A stretch of 63,190 nt of DNA, the filler included, from Octopus bimaculoides (Eukaryota), in NCBI RefSeq assembly GCF_001194135.2. It is 6 parts of 5 records of this genome, joined end to end, with 100 filler letters (N's around TTAATTAATTAA, not from the genome) between each part and the next. Parts side by side here need not be neighbours in the genome. Positions count along the whole stretch, not along the records: positions 1 to 19,511 come from NC_068992.1; 5 more parts are not named here. One strand, 5' to 3'. Below, in pieces: positions 1-13,457 of the stretch (position 1 is the stretch's first letter; each line of letters starts with the position of its first letter). The notes under the pieces were generated by a model. That model was not told where the DNA came from. It did not search any database and saw nothing but the letters and a program-made list of their open reading frames with translations. A program made the position numbers and the translations under genes.

Positions 1-904
1 GTGTGTGTGTGTGTGTGTGTGTGACCATATTGCTATGCCTAACGTGTCTTTTTTTACTTAAAGAAAATAAGATATGATTTATGAGTTTAACCGCCATTTT
101 TAGCAGGTTCGAACAATTAGACCACCACCCCTCGTCGACATAATCGCAATCTTATTGTTACTGTTGTTGTCATCAAGTGAATATATGATCAAAACCGTCC
201 TAAGCCTAATGTGTTCCGACGTATAATACTGGTTGGGACCTTCCAAAATCAGCTGGGTTTGATTTTTAAGTATAATTGACTGCTATTTCTTGCAAATTCA
301 AAGATGCCATAATGGCTCCATCTCATCTCCTTTCTAAATTTTAATAAATATTTATGATAGATGTTAATGACTAATATGAAGAATGTTTATTTATGATTAT
401 TCAAGAAAATTAGCGAAAATTTCAACGTTAATTGCAATAATATTCTATTAAGATACAATTCAGAGTATTTTAAAATGGAGTATAATTTTATTTATAGTTT
501 CATCATTAATAAATGTAATTTTAGCTATGAATGATTATAATTTTGGTTATTAACACATATGAGTCTTATTTTATTTTTTATCTGAATACAATAAATAAGA
601 TTATCTCAACAACAAATATAATTTATGTAAAAGTTTATAATTTTGTAGATATCTGCTTAATATATATATACATCTTATCGTTTATCTTTCACTTGTTACT
701 GTCATTGGACTGCAGCCATGCTGGGGCACCAACATGACGTGTTTTGGCCGAATGAATCGATCCCAGAATGTTTTCTTTTTCCCCCCTCTTTAAGGCTTGT
801 CATTTTTTCTATCGTTCTCTTCTTACCAAACTGATAGCTCATGGGGACATAAACAGAACAACACCTTTTATTAAGCAGTGGTGGGAGACAAACACAAACG
901 CAAA

Positions 905-953
<49 letters not shown>

Positions 954-1051
954 TCAAACACATGTATATGTACATTTACATACACATACACACACATAAA
1001 TGTATATATAAGATATATATATAAACATGTATATGTCTGTGTGTATATATA

Positions 1052-1146
1052 CGTGTTCCTTTCTGTGGAAGAGCGTAGGCTCGAAACGTTAAAGACTTTT
1101 TCAATTCCCGGGCGTTATACTAATACATCTATTTGTTTTCTACACC
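1052..1146 (+). mobile_element. PLE-associated repeat family F1 fragment (carries HHR-like motif)
   Basis: gtgttcctttctgtggaagagcgtaggctcgaaacgttaaagacttt...ctaatacatct recurs at 11610-11700 (+) and 40470-40560 (-). Confidence 0.65.
1059..1094 (+). ncRNA. Minimal hammerhead-like motif, A6U core variant (F1 copy 1)
   Basis: CUUU-CUGUGGA-A-GAGC[GUAG]GCUC-GAAAC-GUU-AAAG: stem I CUUU/AAAG, 4-bp stem II, palindromic ACGU helix III. Confidence 0.55.
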
Positions 1147-2004
1147 NNNNNNNNNNNNNNNNNNNNNNNNNNNNNNNNNNNNNNNNNNNNNNNNNNNNNN
1201 NNNNNNNNNNNNNNNNNNNNNNNNNNNNNNNNNNNNNNNNNNNNNNNNNNNNNNNNNNNNNNNNNNNNNNNNNNNNNNNNNNNNNNNNNNNNNNNNNNAT
1301 ATATATATATATATATATATACACATTCATACATACATTCAGTGCCCGTCTACCAAATCCACTCAAAACGCTTTAGTCGGTCGAGGGCTTTTCTAGAAGA
1401 CACTTGTCCAAGGTGCCAAGCAGTGGGACTCTACAGGAACCATACGTTTGGGAAATAATTATTTATTTATTATAGATTAGTTGGGGGAGGAGTGGTATCA
1501 CCGAAGAGCCCTTCTTTTTTTGCAGAGTCTCTGGGACTGGTGATAAGAAAATAAGAATTTATCGTCATACTATAGACATGGCCTGAGTACTTTAATTCCG
1601 TTTAAGTGCCCCATGCTCCAGGCGGTGGCTTTAAACCGGTTGACGTATGAAATCTAGAAACGGCTAAAAACTCAAATCTCAAAGCACTGAAACAAGTACT
1701 GCAATACGTTTAGGACAAACTCTAATAATTCTGCAAATAGACTAGTACTTAATTTTACCGACCTGCGAAATATGAAAAGTAAAGCTGAATTAGGCAGGAT
1801 TTGAAATTAAAATGCGGAGAAGTGAAACAAATACTATAAAGGATTTTATTCTAAGTACTCATTTAATGTTGTTGATATGTATGATCTTCGGTGAAATGAC
1901 GTAAAGCGAAGCTTATTTTCACATAGATCGATAATATAAAAAAGAATTATGTTCCGACGGCATATTTCTACTATAGATGCCCACAGTTTTTTTTTTTTTT
2001 TCGT

Positions 2005-2197
2005 AGACTCCAAAAATCATTGCGATTGTTTCCCAACCACAAGGTTTCGCGTTCAGCCCCACTGCGTTGCACCTTGGGCAAATTTCTTCTACTATAGACC
2101 CGAGCCAGGCAAAGCCTTGTGCGTGGACTTCCTATACGGAAACTGGAAGAAGACTGTCCTATATACACACACATATATATGTCTATGTCTGTGTGTT

Positions 2198-2243
<46 letters not shown>

Positions 2244-2600
2244 TGTGTTCATGTGTGTGTCTCTGTGTATGTGTGCATGTGTGTGTGTCTGTGTGTCTGT
2301 GTGCACGCATGTTTGTCTGCGTGTGTGTATGTGTGTGCATGCGCGTGTTTGTGTGTGTGTACATGTGTGCGTCTTCGTGTCTGTGTTTGTCTCCCACCAC
2401 CACCACCACCACCACCAATTGACTGCTTGTGTTAATTTGTTTACGCCACCGTACCATAGCGGTTCGATAAATGAACCGATAGAATAAGCAACAGACTTTT
2501 ATAAAATAAGTATAGGGGTCGGGGTCGGTTTGTTCGGCTAAACCTTTCAAAACCGCGCCATCGCAGGACCACAGTCCAATGACTAAAACATGGAAAAGAA
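2005..2600 (+). mobile_element. SINE family A, diverged copy with expanded (TG)n centre
   Basis: Head cccaaccacaaggtttcgcgttcagccccactgcgttgcaccttgggc; tail gcggttcg...gatagaataag...cagtccaatgactaaaac. Confidence 0.75.
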
Positions 2601-3365
2601 ATAAAAGACTAAAAAATCTTCTGTGAGCGCTGCTATAAATATATTTAAGAAGGCTTTATGAAAACCAGTGATAATTCTTTTCTTTACGAATATGCCCAAG
2701 GCTTGTTTATCGCGCATTAATTTTCTTCATTTCATTTAATTCCTTGTAGGTCTTATTCTTGGATTATTAACTCGTTTGCTTTTGAACTTTTCTCTCTTTG
2801 AGAATCCTATCGCTAAAAATAGTCTTAGCTTTATCTTAAACCTGAAAGCCTCAAGCTAATTTGCAGTCGTTAGAATACGTGATAGTTTTGCTTGGCCACT
2901 GTTATCATCTTCGTCTTTAGCAGAGTGTTGTTCTGTCTTCATGAGATGCTCATTAGATATTTCATCACCATGGGATTCTAGTAATTCCACTATTTTATAT
3001 TTTAAATATTGTGCTGTCTCAAAAGGATTTCACTTCTATGAAGCAAACAGAAAACGTACAATGACTGTATCTTAAATGACGTTCGAGAAATTCTTAAAAA
3101 CTAAATAACTAGTAGCGTTATCCAATATTTATTAATTCAATTATATTTTACTGGATTGAAAACGCAAAACGTTACAAAACAAATGTAAAAGAAAACAAAC
3201 AATAACTCTGTTTGACGGTGTAATGAAACGACGTTAAACGAAACAGCGTTAAATAAGAGCTGTCTGTATTGTACCAAATTGACGGCTTTTTATGTAAATT
3301 TATGTAGCGTTTACATAAGTACTATAAATTGGCAGAAACTGCGTGTGAGAGCCGATATTTTTATT

Positions 3366-3561
3366 GAGCCCGCAGAGTCATTAGCACGTCGGGCAAAATG
3401 CTTCGCAGCATTTCACCATGATCCGAGTTCAAATTCCGTGGAAGTTGATTTTGCCTTCCATCTTTTTGGAAGTACCATTTGAAGTGTTCAAATAAGTACC
3501 ATATAATCAACTTATCCCCTCTTTCCCCGAAACAGCTGGCCTTGTGCTAAAATTTGAAACC
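3366..3561 (+). mobile_element. SINE family C, diverged
   Basis: ttagcacgtcgggcaaaatgc...gagttcaaattccg...gccttgtgctaaaatttgaaacc; B-box-like GAGTTCAAATTCC. Confidence 0.75.
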
Positions 3562-4287
3562 GATCTTACAGGTTAATGAAGGAGGAAGAAACAGTAGATA
3601 TGTGAGAGTGATGAGATTAGCATATTTTGTTCTGAACTTCAACATTCTGATATCAAATTCCACCATAGGAGTATTGGATTTTCATGCCTCCATGGGGCAC
3701 TAATACAGAATAATATCATACAAATATAAACATAGCTATATATAAAGAGAGATAGATAAACAGATATACATGCTTTAGTTTTCTTTCGAATTATACCTAA
3801 TACTAAATAATTCAATGCCTTTTTTTTTTCCTTTATCAGAGAGAGGGTTACGATTTTAGTCAAATATGCCTGCCATTTCTAGCAGGTTCACTGACTATTA
3901 GAGACTTCCACATATCACATGATATGTTCATTGAATTTGTTAGCGTTCACATCTCATCTTAGCCCATATTTTTGCCCCTGTTCCTCTCTGTGAGAAGATA
4001 CGAACTCTGCTTCACAAGCTACAAATCTAAACAACTATAGCAACGTTTAACTCTGATCTCTGTTGGCCGGTAAATATAGTCCACTTGTCGTTTGTTAAGT
4101 AAACTGTGTGTTTTTTCCTTCAATTAAATAATGCAAAGCAATTAAAAAGCTAAAGCTACATTAATATTAATGCGATATATTTGATGTCAGCCATTGGTGC
4201 AAACCAATAAGTCACTCTGTGTGTTTTATAAATACACTTGAGCATCTTGTAAGATCTATTTCCTTCGAGGAAAATCGAATTAGAATT

Positions 4288-4436
<149 letters not shown>

Positions 4437-4794
4437 CAAAAACAAGACAAATAACACCAACAACTATGTTTTTCTCAATTATCTTGGCAAGACTCGAACA
4501 TTTACTTAATGATTAAAATAGCGAAATAAAAGCTAAAAGTAAAACCATTTATCAAACATACTGAAATTATGGTAAATTGATTCTAATATAAAACCAGATA
4601 GAAAATAGATTTTATCAAAAATTAATTCTTCTTTTACACCGTTCTCTGTTTTGCCTTCTCACTTTAAAATATTACTGTTCACACCGCTATGATATTTTAG
4701 TGTCTGTATGTGGGTGGGTATTTATATTCATAAGATTGTGTATAGTGCATGTGTGTATATATATATGCATGCATGCGTGTATGTATGTGTGCGC

Positions 4795-4860
<66 letters not shown>

Positions 4861-5377
4861 NNNNNNNNNNNNNNNNNNNNNNNNNNNNNNNNNNNNNNNN
4901 NNNNNNNNNNNNNNNNNNNNNNNNNNNNNNNNNNNNNNNNNNNNNNNNNNNNNNNNNNNNNNNNNNNNNNNNNNNNNNNNNNNNNNNNNNNNNNNNNNNN
5001 NNNNNNNNNNNNNNNNNNNNNNNNNNNNNNNNNNNNNNNNNNNNNNNNNNNNNNNNNNNNNNNNNNNNNNNNNNNNNNNNNNNNNNNNNNNNNNNNNNNN
5101 NNNNNNNNNNNNNNNNNNNNNNNNNNNNNNNNNNNNNNNNNNNNNNNNNNNNNNNNNNNNNNNNNNNNNNNNNNNNNNNNNNNNNNNNNNNNNNNNNNNN
5201 NNNNNNNNNNNNNNNNNNNNNNNNNNNNNNNNNNNNNNNNNNNNNNNNNNNNNNNNNNNNNNNNNNNNNNNNNNNNNNNNNNNNNNNNNNNNNNNNNNNN
5301 NNNNNNNNNNNNNNNNNNNNNNNNNNNNNNNNNNNNNNNNNNNNNNNNNNNNNNNNNNNNNNNNNNNNNNNNNNNNN

Positions 5378-5415
<38 letters not shown>

Positions 5416-6697
5416 GTAATATATAATATATATATAAATATTATAATATTATGTATATATATATATATACATGCGTCTGTGTGTTTGCGTGTGAGTGTAT
5501 GTGTCTGTATGTATGTCCATGTGTGCATATGTGCTTGTGTGTATATGTAATAGTTTAATATTGCAATCAGATAAATTAAAATAACACATATACTCTTGAG
5601 TATGTAATATATATATCGAGAGAGAGAGGGAGAGAGAAGAGAGAAAAATGACAGAAAGACAGAAAGTAACAAAGAAAGAGGGGAGAGAGAGAAAAGAACA
5701 CACAGATAGATAGATAGATAGATAGATAGATAAATTGCTTATGTATTCACGTAACAGAGAGGCTCATGAGCGTGATTCATGCCAAATTTAAATATAAATA
5801 TGGCAAACTTTATGCAGTGTATTGAATATTATTAATACACTGAGTCTAGAACTCTGGTGTATACCCAACTGCGACACAATTGAACATTTTCTACAAATTG
5901 AGAATTATACTGAATGCTGAGCAGTTTCCTCTCGCATATTTTTCATGGAACATTCCCAAACCATCAACAATAATATGTGAAATTCCTTATACGAAATGCA
6001 GAGCTCAAGGTATACAGCCACGGAAACTACAGTAGTAACACTTCCACCCAACAAATACTTGGTTTCACAGCTCAGATTCGCTCAATAGAGTTCAGTCTTA
6101 TGAAATATTTGAAGGAAAATTCATCGACATTATATAAACATTATATTAACATTATATAAACAGCGTCCAAAACGAATTGACATCAGTCACGGTATTACTA
6201 CGCACATCAGAAAATGCTCATATTTGCTGAGAAAATAAGAACTGTGTACAAAATAACATGGCTACCAAAATTCCAAACACTACCTATAGAAAGAAAAATA
6301 TAACTGTAACAGACAGAACATACACGAGACAGAAGAAGAAGGCAATGATCACAAAGATGCAAGCATTGCAAAAACACAAACGAAAAGAAACGCCAGGGAC
6401 TTTATAGATGGCGTCACTCTTCCTTGCAAGAAAATTCAGTTGGAAGCTTAGACAAGGAGATTTTTTCCTCGGAAAAAGGTCACTACAATAGGCCATATTA
6501 CACGAATCACCGTATTTCCCTTTTCCTTCGTGAAAAGATCTTCGTTGCAATAGATCTTCTCATATTGCAATCTCAACTAATGAAGTACAATGATCTCGAC
6601 TGTGCTTCATTAGCCTCTGATAGACAAGTCCTATTCTTGTCATCAGCCATCAGCTTAGCCATGTGCCTTTAGTAGTAAAGGTTATTATCATTGTTAT

Positions 6698-7110
6698 GAA
6701 GCACACCGCGCAAAATGCTTAACGGCATTTCGTCCGTCCTTGCGTTCTGAGTTCAAATTCTGCCGAGGCCGTTAATTTGCTTTCATCCTTTCGGGGTCGA
6801 CGAAACAAGTACCATTTGAATGCTGGGGTCGATGTAATCGATTTACCCCCTCCTAGAAATTGCTGGCCTTGTGCCAAAATTTGAAACCATTATTAAGGCG
6901 GCGAGATGGCAGGATCGTTAGCACGCCGGGCGAAATGCTTAGCGATATTTCGTCCGTTCTTAGGGTCTGAATTCAAATTCCACCAAGGTCGACTTTGCCT
7001 TTCATCCTTTTTGAAGTCGATATAACAGGTACCGGTCATGCACTGGGTTGATGTAATCGTCTAACCCCACCCTCACAAAATTTCAGGCCCGTGTGCCTTT
7101 ATTAGAAAGG

Positions 7111-7163
<53 letters not shown>

Positions 7164-7386
7164 GTAAGGCGGCGAGGTTGCAGCACGCCGAGCAAAATAC
7201 TTGGCGGTATTTCGTCCGTCCTTACGGTCTGAGTTCAAATTCTGCCAAGGTCGATTTTGCCGTTCATCCTTTTGGTGAAATAAGTACTAGTTACGCACTG
7301 GGGTCGATGTGATCGTCTAGCCCCCTCCCCCACAATTTCAGGCCTTGTGTCTTCAGTAGAAAGTATTATTGTTATTATTATTATTA
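6698..7386 (+). mobile_element. Three head-to-tail SINE family C copies (approx. 6698-6893, 6895-7163, 7166-7386)
   Basis: gcacgccgggcgaaatgctt...gttcaaattc...gtcgactttgcctttcatcc occurs three times; each copy ends in (ATT)n and the next begins with aaggcggcgag. Confidence 0.9.
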
Positions 7387-8029
7387 CGATGATGACAATG
7401 ACGTCACTTATGATGATGACTACAACGAGGACAACGACAAGGACGCCGATGGTGGCGGCGACGATAACAATAAACAAGAGAACGAAGATGGTGGCCACAA
7501 CAGACAAAAGGATAACAAGAAAATGTTTAAGTCAGCTTTCCATTTATAAGTTTTATCTTGAAGAAGATTTATCTCCTTAGGCACATTTTCTGTATATTCG
7601 GACGTTGTAATTATTTAATAGCGAACGCGATATAATTTATGATATTGTCAATGGAACGATTGTATGAAATGAGCTAAAAAGTCACCACGGCAATTACTCG
7701 AGTCGATATTTCACCATCGTAGATTTTTTTTTGATTTTTTTTTTTTAGCGTTTCTTAAATCATGACATCAATGATCAGCACATAACATCTATTGTTCTAG
7801 AATGTTCTCAGGAGATACATGGCTTCGTGATATGAATTTAGTACTTTTATTTGAGGTTCCTTTAGTGTGTGACGTTAATCCTAGCTAGGCTTGTCAGTGA
7901 GAAGCCATTGATTTAGAGAGCTGAACAAGGGAGCTTAATTTATGTTTGTTTATAGACGAAGGAAAGGGTTGGGGTGGGAGGAGCTTGGTGGACTGGGATC
8001 GGCGGGAGTCGAAAAAGAGAGAAATATGG

Positions 8030-8080
<51 letters not shown>

Positions 8081-8569
8081 NNNNNNNNNNNNNNNNNNNN
8101 NNNNNNNNNNNNNNNNNNNNNNNNNNNNNNNNNNNNNNNNNNNNNNNNNNNNNNNNNNNNNNNNNNNNNNNNNNNNNNNNNNNNNNNNNNNNNNNNNNNN
8201 NNNNNNNNNNNNNNNNNNNNNNNNNNNNNNNNNNNNNNNNNNNNNNNNNNNNNNNNNNNNNNNNNNNNNNNNNNNNNNNNNNNNNNNNNNNNNNNNNNNN
8301 NNNNNNNNNNNNNNNNNNNNNNNNNNNNNNNNNNNNNNNNNNNNNNNNNNNNNNNNNNNNNNNNNNNNNNNNNNNNNNNNNNNNNNNNNNNNNNNNNNNN
8401 NNNNNNNNNNNNNNNNNNNNNNNNNNNNNNNNNNNNNNNNNNNNNNNNNNNNNNNNNNNNNNNNNNNNNNNNNNNNNNNNNNNNNNNNNNNNNNNNNNNN
8501 NNNNNNNNNNNNNNNNNNNNNNNNNNNNNNNNNNNNNNNNNNNNNNNNNNNNNNNNNNNNNNNNNNNNN

Positions 8570-8619
<50 letters not shown>

Positions 8620-8624
<5 letters not shown>

Positions 8625-8895
8625 GTGCTTGGCCGAGTGGTTAGGTTGTTTGGCTCACGGTCACCATGTCGTCAGTTCGTTTCTCGGTCACACGTTGTGT
8701 CCTTTATTTCACGTCGCTCGTGTTCACTCAGCTGGAAAATATGAGTTGCGCATGTAATTCAAAAGGTCATGTCACATTCTGTCACGTTGAACATCCCCGA
8801 GAATAGCGTTAAGGCTACGCTTGTCTATAGAGTGCTCAGGCACTTGCACATTTATTTCATGTACAGACTGTTCCGTTGATCAGATCAGGTGGAAT
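8620..8895 (+). mobile_element. tRNA-derived SINE, family B variant (different head and body, same tail as 51056-51440)
   Basis: A-box-like tggccgagtggttagg; body ttgtgtcc...ttcactcagctgg; tail ccccgagaatagcgttaagg...gagtgctcaggcacttgcac...ctgttccgttgatcagatc shared with 51300-51400. Confidence 0.7.
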
Positions 8896-9319
8896 ATATA
8901 CACACAAATATATATATTTGTGTGTGTATATATATATACACATATATATATATCGACACACAAACATACTCACACACACGCACACACGCGCGCGCGCACA
9001 ATTACACACACACACACACATTTTTTCTTTTTTTTTTTTTTTTTTAAAGTTTCAGCTTAGAGCTGCGGCCATGCTGATGCACCACCGTGTAAATATATAT
9101 GTGTTCGTTTTTATGTTCGGTTATAATAAAAACAATTTTACATTAATCAGATGGGTTACTCTATACTTTTGTAGAACACAATTTATTATTCTTAGCCACG
9201 ATATTATCGACAGAAACTTCGAAGTTCCGGGCAGCTGAGCCATCATCCGCGGACTACTGTAAAGGCACACACACACACACCGCGCACACACACACGCACA
9301 CGCAGACCCGCATTTACGC

Positions 9320-9350
<31 letters not shown>

Positions 9351-10618
9351 TTTGTATATATATGGAGCGGGTGAGAGTGAGAGAGAGTGAGAGAGAAAGA
9401 GAGAGAAAGAGAGAGAAAGAGAAAGAGAGAGAAGAAACTAAATTAGTTTATTCATGTATGACCGCATGACCGCTAATTTATAAAATTTATCCGCACACAC
9501 ACTCTCACACACACACTTACACACACACACACTCTCACACACACACACACACACATACATACATACATACATACATACATAATACATACATACATACTTA
9601 CGTACGTAGATACATGCATACATGCATACACATACATACACATACATGCATGAATGCATACATACATACATACATACATACATACATGCATATCTAATAT
9701 ACGTGTGCAATTAGTGCGTGCATATGTATATAGTAACACAAGACAACGGACCAATATTTCAACAGCCAATTAGTTAGAAATTTGCTTTGAAAATTAGTCA
9801 CGAAGAACCTGCTATAATTATAATATTTACAGCTAAATGCTTCCCTTGCATGCAATGTATGAGACAAAAATCAAAAAATAAATTTCACCAAAAATGTAGA
9901 GAGCAAAATTGATACTCTGTAGGCCAAGAACTAAAACAAGCTAATGAAAGAAACTATTGAATGGAAATAGTATCGATTATGGAACCTATTGCCGACATCA
10001 TTTAAATATGACTTAGCTCTTTTGAACAACTTTAAAAGCCGCTCATTGAAGCAATACTCGAACATATTAAGTTGAAACCAATTACATCGACTGTGGCAAA
10101 TTCATCTTACTGCAGAGAGAGAGAGAGAGAGAGAGATGTGGGAGAGAAATAGAGAAGAGAGAAAAAGGAATAGCGTTATGAGGAGATGTGAGGGAAACGG
10201 GAGATCCTGAATAATTAATTTATATCTCAGAGATGGCTGAAAAGGATAAAATTTGGTGAATAGGATACTTCGCCTGAATAACATGCCGATTAAAAACTTA
10301 TTAATTAAGATCATTAGCAATGAAAGAAATATATTGTAGTGTTCTTCCAACCAACACAGTCCCCGTCTTTAAATGTATTGGATTTCATTTTACGTCGCCG
10401 TGCTTAAATCGAAAAACAATTAATGTGTGTGTGTGAGGGAGAAGGGACTATACTGTTACACTGTGCTGTTGCTACTGTTGCTATTGGAATGAAATCCTCA
10501 GGCGGCACTTCATAAAGGGGCAATGCGTATATACATCGTTCGTCAACATACAGATAAAAACACATACTCAAACGTACATGCATTCGCACGCATAAAGATA
10601 TCTACACTCAGACATATA

Positions 10619-10657
<39 letters not shown>

Positions 10658-10659
<2 letters not shown>

Positions 10660-11059
10660 TCTTTTATTCTTTTACTTGTTTCATTCATATTTGATTGCGG
10701 TCATGCTGGAGCACAGCCTTGGGGGAGGTTTCGGTCGAACAAATCGACCCCAGGACTTATTTTTAAGCCTATTACTTATGCTATCAGTTATTTTGCTGAA
10801 CCGCTAGATTACAGACACGTAAACACACCAGCACTGGTGATGGGGGAACACAGACACAAATACAAACACACACTCACACACACATACACGACGGTCTCTT
10901 TTTCAGTTTTCGTCTACCAAATCCAGTCACAAGGCTTTCGGAGGCCCGAGGCTATAGGTTATAGTAGAAGACATTTGACCAAGGTGACACGCACTGGGAG
11001 TGAACGCGAAATCATTTGGTTGGGAAGCAAGCTTCTTACCACACAACCACGCCTGCGCC
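10658..11059 (-). mobile_element. SINE family A, full length
   Basis: Reverse complement of head (ggcgcaggcgtggttgtgtggtaagaagcttgc), central CA repeat and tail. Confidence 0.9.
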
Positions 11060-11084
11060 TATGTGTAAATTATATATATATGTG

Positions 11085-11140
<56 letters not shown>

Positions 11141-11579
11141 NNNNNNNNNNNNNNNNNNNNNNNNNNNNNNNNNNNNNNNNNNNNNNNNNNNNNNNNNNNN
11201 NNNNNNNNNNNNNNNNNNNNNNNNNNNNNNNNNNNNNNNNNNNNNNNNNNNNNNNNNNNNNNNNNNNNNNNNNNNNNNNNNNNNNNNNNNNNNNNNNNNN
11301 NNNNNNNNNNNNNNNNNNNNNNNNNNNNNNNNNNNNNNNNNNNNNNNNNNNNNNNNNNNNNNNNNNNNNNNNNNNNNNNNNNNNNNNNNNNNNNNNNNNN
11401 NNNNNNNNNNNNNNNNNNNNNNNNNNNNNNNNNNNNNNNNNNNNNNNNNNNNNNNNNNNNNNNNNNNNNNNNNNNNNNNNNNNNNNNNNNNNNNNNNNNN
11501 NNNNNNNNNNNNNNNNNNNNNNNNNNNNNNNNNNNNNNNNNNNNNNACTAGCTGCCATAATTGACAGTTAGCCGCTAAA

Positions 11580-11735
11580 GCTTTTTTATTCTCTCTCTGT
11601 TTATTTGCTCGTGTTCCTTTCTGTTGAAGAGCGTAGGCTCGAAACGTAAAAGACTTTCTCACCTTCCCGTGCGTTAATCTAATACACCTGTTTGTTGTTT
11701 ATACACCTGTCTTCGTCTTTTGTAAATTCCAACTA
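11580..11735 (+). mobile_element. PLE-associated repeat family F1 fragment
   Basis: Homologous to 1052-1146 and 40455-40630; ends acacctgtcttcgtcttttgtaaattcc next to a TA-rich tract. Confidence 0.65.
11617..11652 (+). ncRNA. Minimal hammerhead-like motif, A6U core variant (F1 copy 2)
   Basis: CUUU-CUGUUGA-A-GAGC[GUAG]GCUC-GAAAC-GUA-AAAG; predicted cleavage after 11648. Confidence 0.55.
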
Positions 11736-11744
11736 CATATACAT

Positions 11745-11900
11745 GTCGACATCGTTTGACAACCGATGCTGGTGTGTTTACGTCTCCGTAACTTAGCGGT
11801 TCGGCAAAAGAGACCGATAAAATAAGTACCAGGCTTACAAAGAGTAACTCCTGGGTCGATTTGCTCGACTAAAGGCGGTGCTCCAATATGGCCGCAGTCA
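11745..11900 (+). mobile_element. SINE family A, 3' tail only
   Basis: gacaaccgatgctggtgtgtttacgtc...gcggttcggcaaaagagaccga...taaaggcggtgctccaatatggccgcagtcaa. Confidence 0.85.
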
Positions 11901-12813
11901 ACCTTCGAACAGGGGAGGTCAGCAGCTTCCCCTTGCTGGTTTTAAAATAAAGCTGATCTGGCAGTTCTCTAGAACCTACTCACCTGAAGACGTTCTGGGA
12001 CTCAACTAGTGTTGGATCATATTAATACAATTATGATATAATATGTATAAAAATCAGCAATTACCCGCTGATACTGATTTTGTGTCCGTAGCAGATGAGA
12101 CATCACTCCGCAGAAAAAAACGTGTCTTGCAATTTGAAGACGTCGTTTGTGACCCAACTTAATGTGTTTTCACACATTGAATATAAGGAAACTTCCTCTT
12201 CCTAGAGAGTTGCTGCAGATCACGTCTTTGAACATTTCATAAGTGCACAGCTTTACGATCAAATAATATGGTAATAACCCATCTGCTGTTAAACCCTTTG
12301 ATATATGGATGTACTATGTTTTATGAACTACTATAAAAAGTTCACAGCTAAAGGACACAAGGTACGTATCTATCTAAAAGCAAGTAACTCTTACGAAATT
12401 GAAACAAATTTTTACCCTAGTAGAATTTTGTATCGTGTATCGTATGAGTTACCTACATTATTTTTAACAGCATTTTATTGAAATCAACTACGATAGATAT
12501 ATTTCTAGCATCAAATGTTTCTATTAAGACAGTCAATGACCTATATCCGTTGTTGATATCTGAAACGCTATAGTACCAACGGGATTTAGTTGCATCATAT
12601 ACGTTCAGAATTCAGAACTGATCACGAACGACTTTGCTTTCATCTATCAGGAGACGATAAAATGACGCATTACTGTTGTATGGAAGGGAATATTAAATAC
12701 GCAATAACGGTGTATAAGGGAAACGTACATGATGATGACGAAGTTTAACAGATAACTGTAGACGAATAGGCATGGAATATAGTATACATTATTGTTGGAT
12801 AGATATATCTAGT

Positions 12814-12837
12814 TAGCTAGCTAGCTAGCTAGCTAGC

Positions 12838-12868
<31 letters not shown>

Positions 12869-12872
12869 ATAA

Positions 12873-12954
<82 letters not shown>
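12814..12954. repeat. Compound (TAGC)n-(TAGA)n microsatellite
   Basis: Direct reading. Confidence 0.95.
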
Positions 12955-13457
12955 TTATATGTATATTATAAATGTATACAATATCTGATATGTTCAATGT
13001 TGTTTTTCTATGCAACATTTCTACGTTTTCATAAACATACGAACGTAATACTCACACACACATGCATATATATATAGTTAGATAGGAAGAGAGAGAAATG
13101 GAGAGAATATTAACAGTGAAGCATACAAAAAGAAATTAAGGAGTATATGATAAAATGAATCATAAATACTTTATATCTAGACTTAATTAAAGGATCCAAT
13201 ATTCACGTTATTCATCAGCGAGGAAAAAAATTATATGATTATAAACTCCGTAGTTTTTATACAGGCTTTGGACATTGTAAGATAGTAACAAATTGAAGTG
13301 ATAACGAATCAAATGAAGAGGTTACACTATCGCATAAAATAGATTCCTATCTGGGAAACCTACATACATACACATATACATACATGCATACATGCATACA
13401 TACATACATACATACATACATACATACATGCATATATGCAAGCATGCATACATACAT

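Larger units (their letters stand above)
686..1460 (-). mobile_element. tRNA-derived SINE, family A; central microsatellite interrupted by a PLE-associated fragment and an N gap
   Basis: 686-900 matches the reverse complement of the family A tail (gactgcagccatgctggggcacc...atcgatcccag). 1340-1460 matches the head half (gtctaccaaatccactca...gaagacacttgtccaaggtgcc). Same modules as the copies at 57074 and 62199. Confidence 0.75.

Noticed and set aside
11980-12020. CUGAAGA followed by an ACUAGU palindrome
   Set aside because: GAAA and the 3' strand of stem II are missing.
12100-12370. Possible exon ending AAG|GTACGT
   Set aside because: All frames from the nearby acceptors contain stops.
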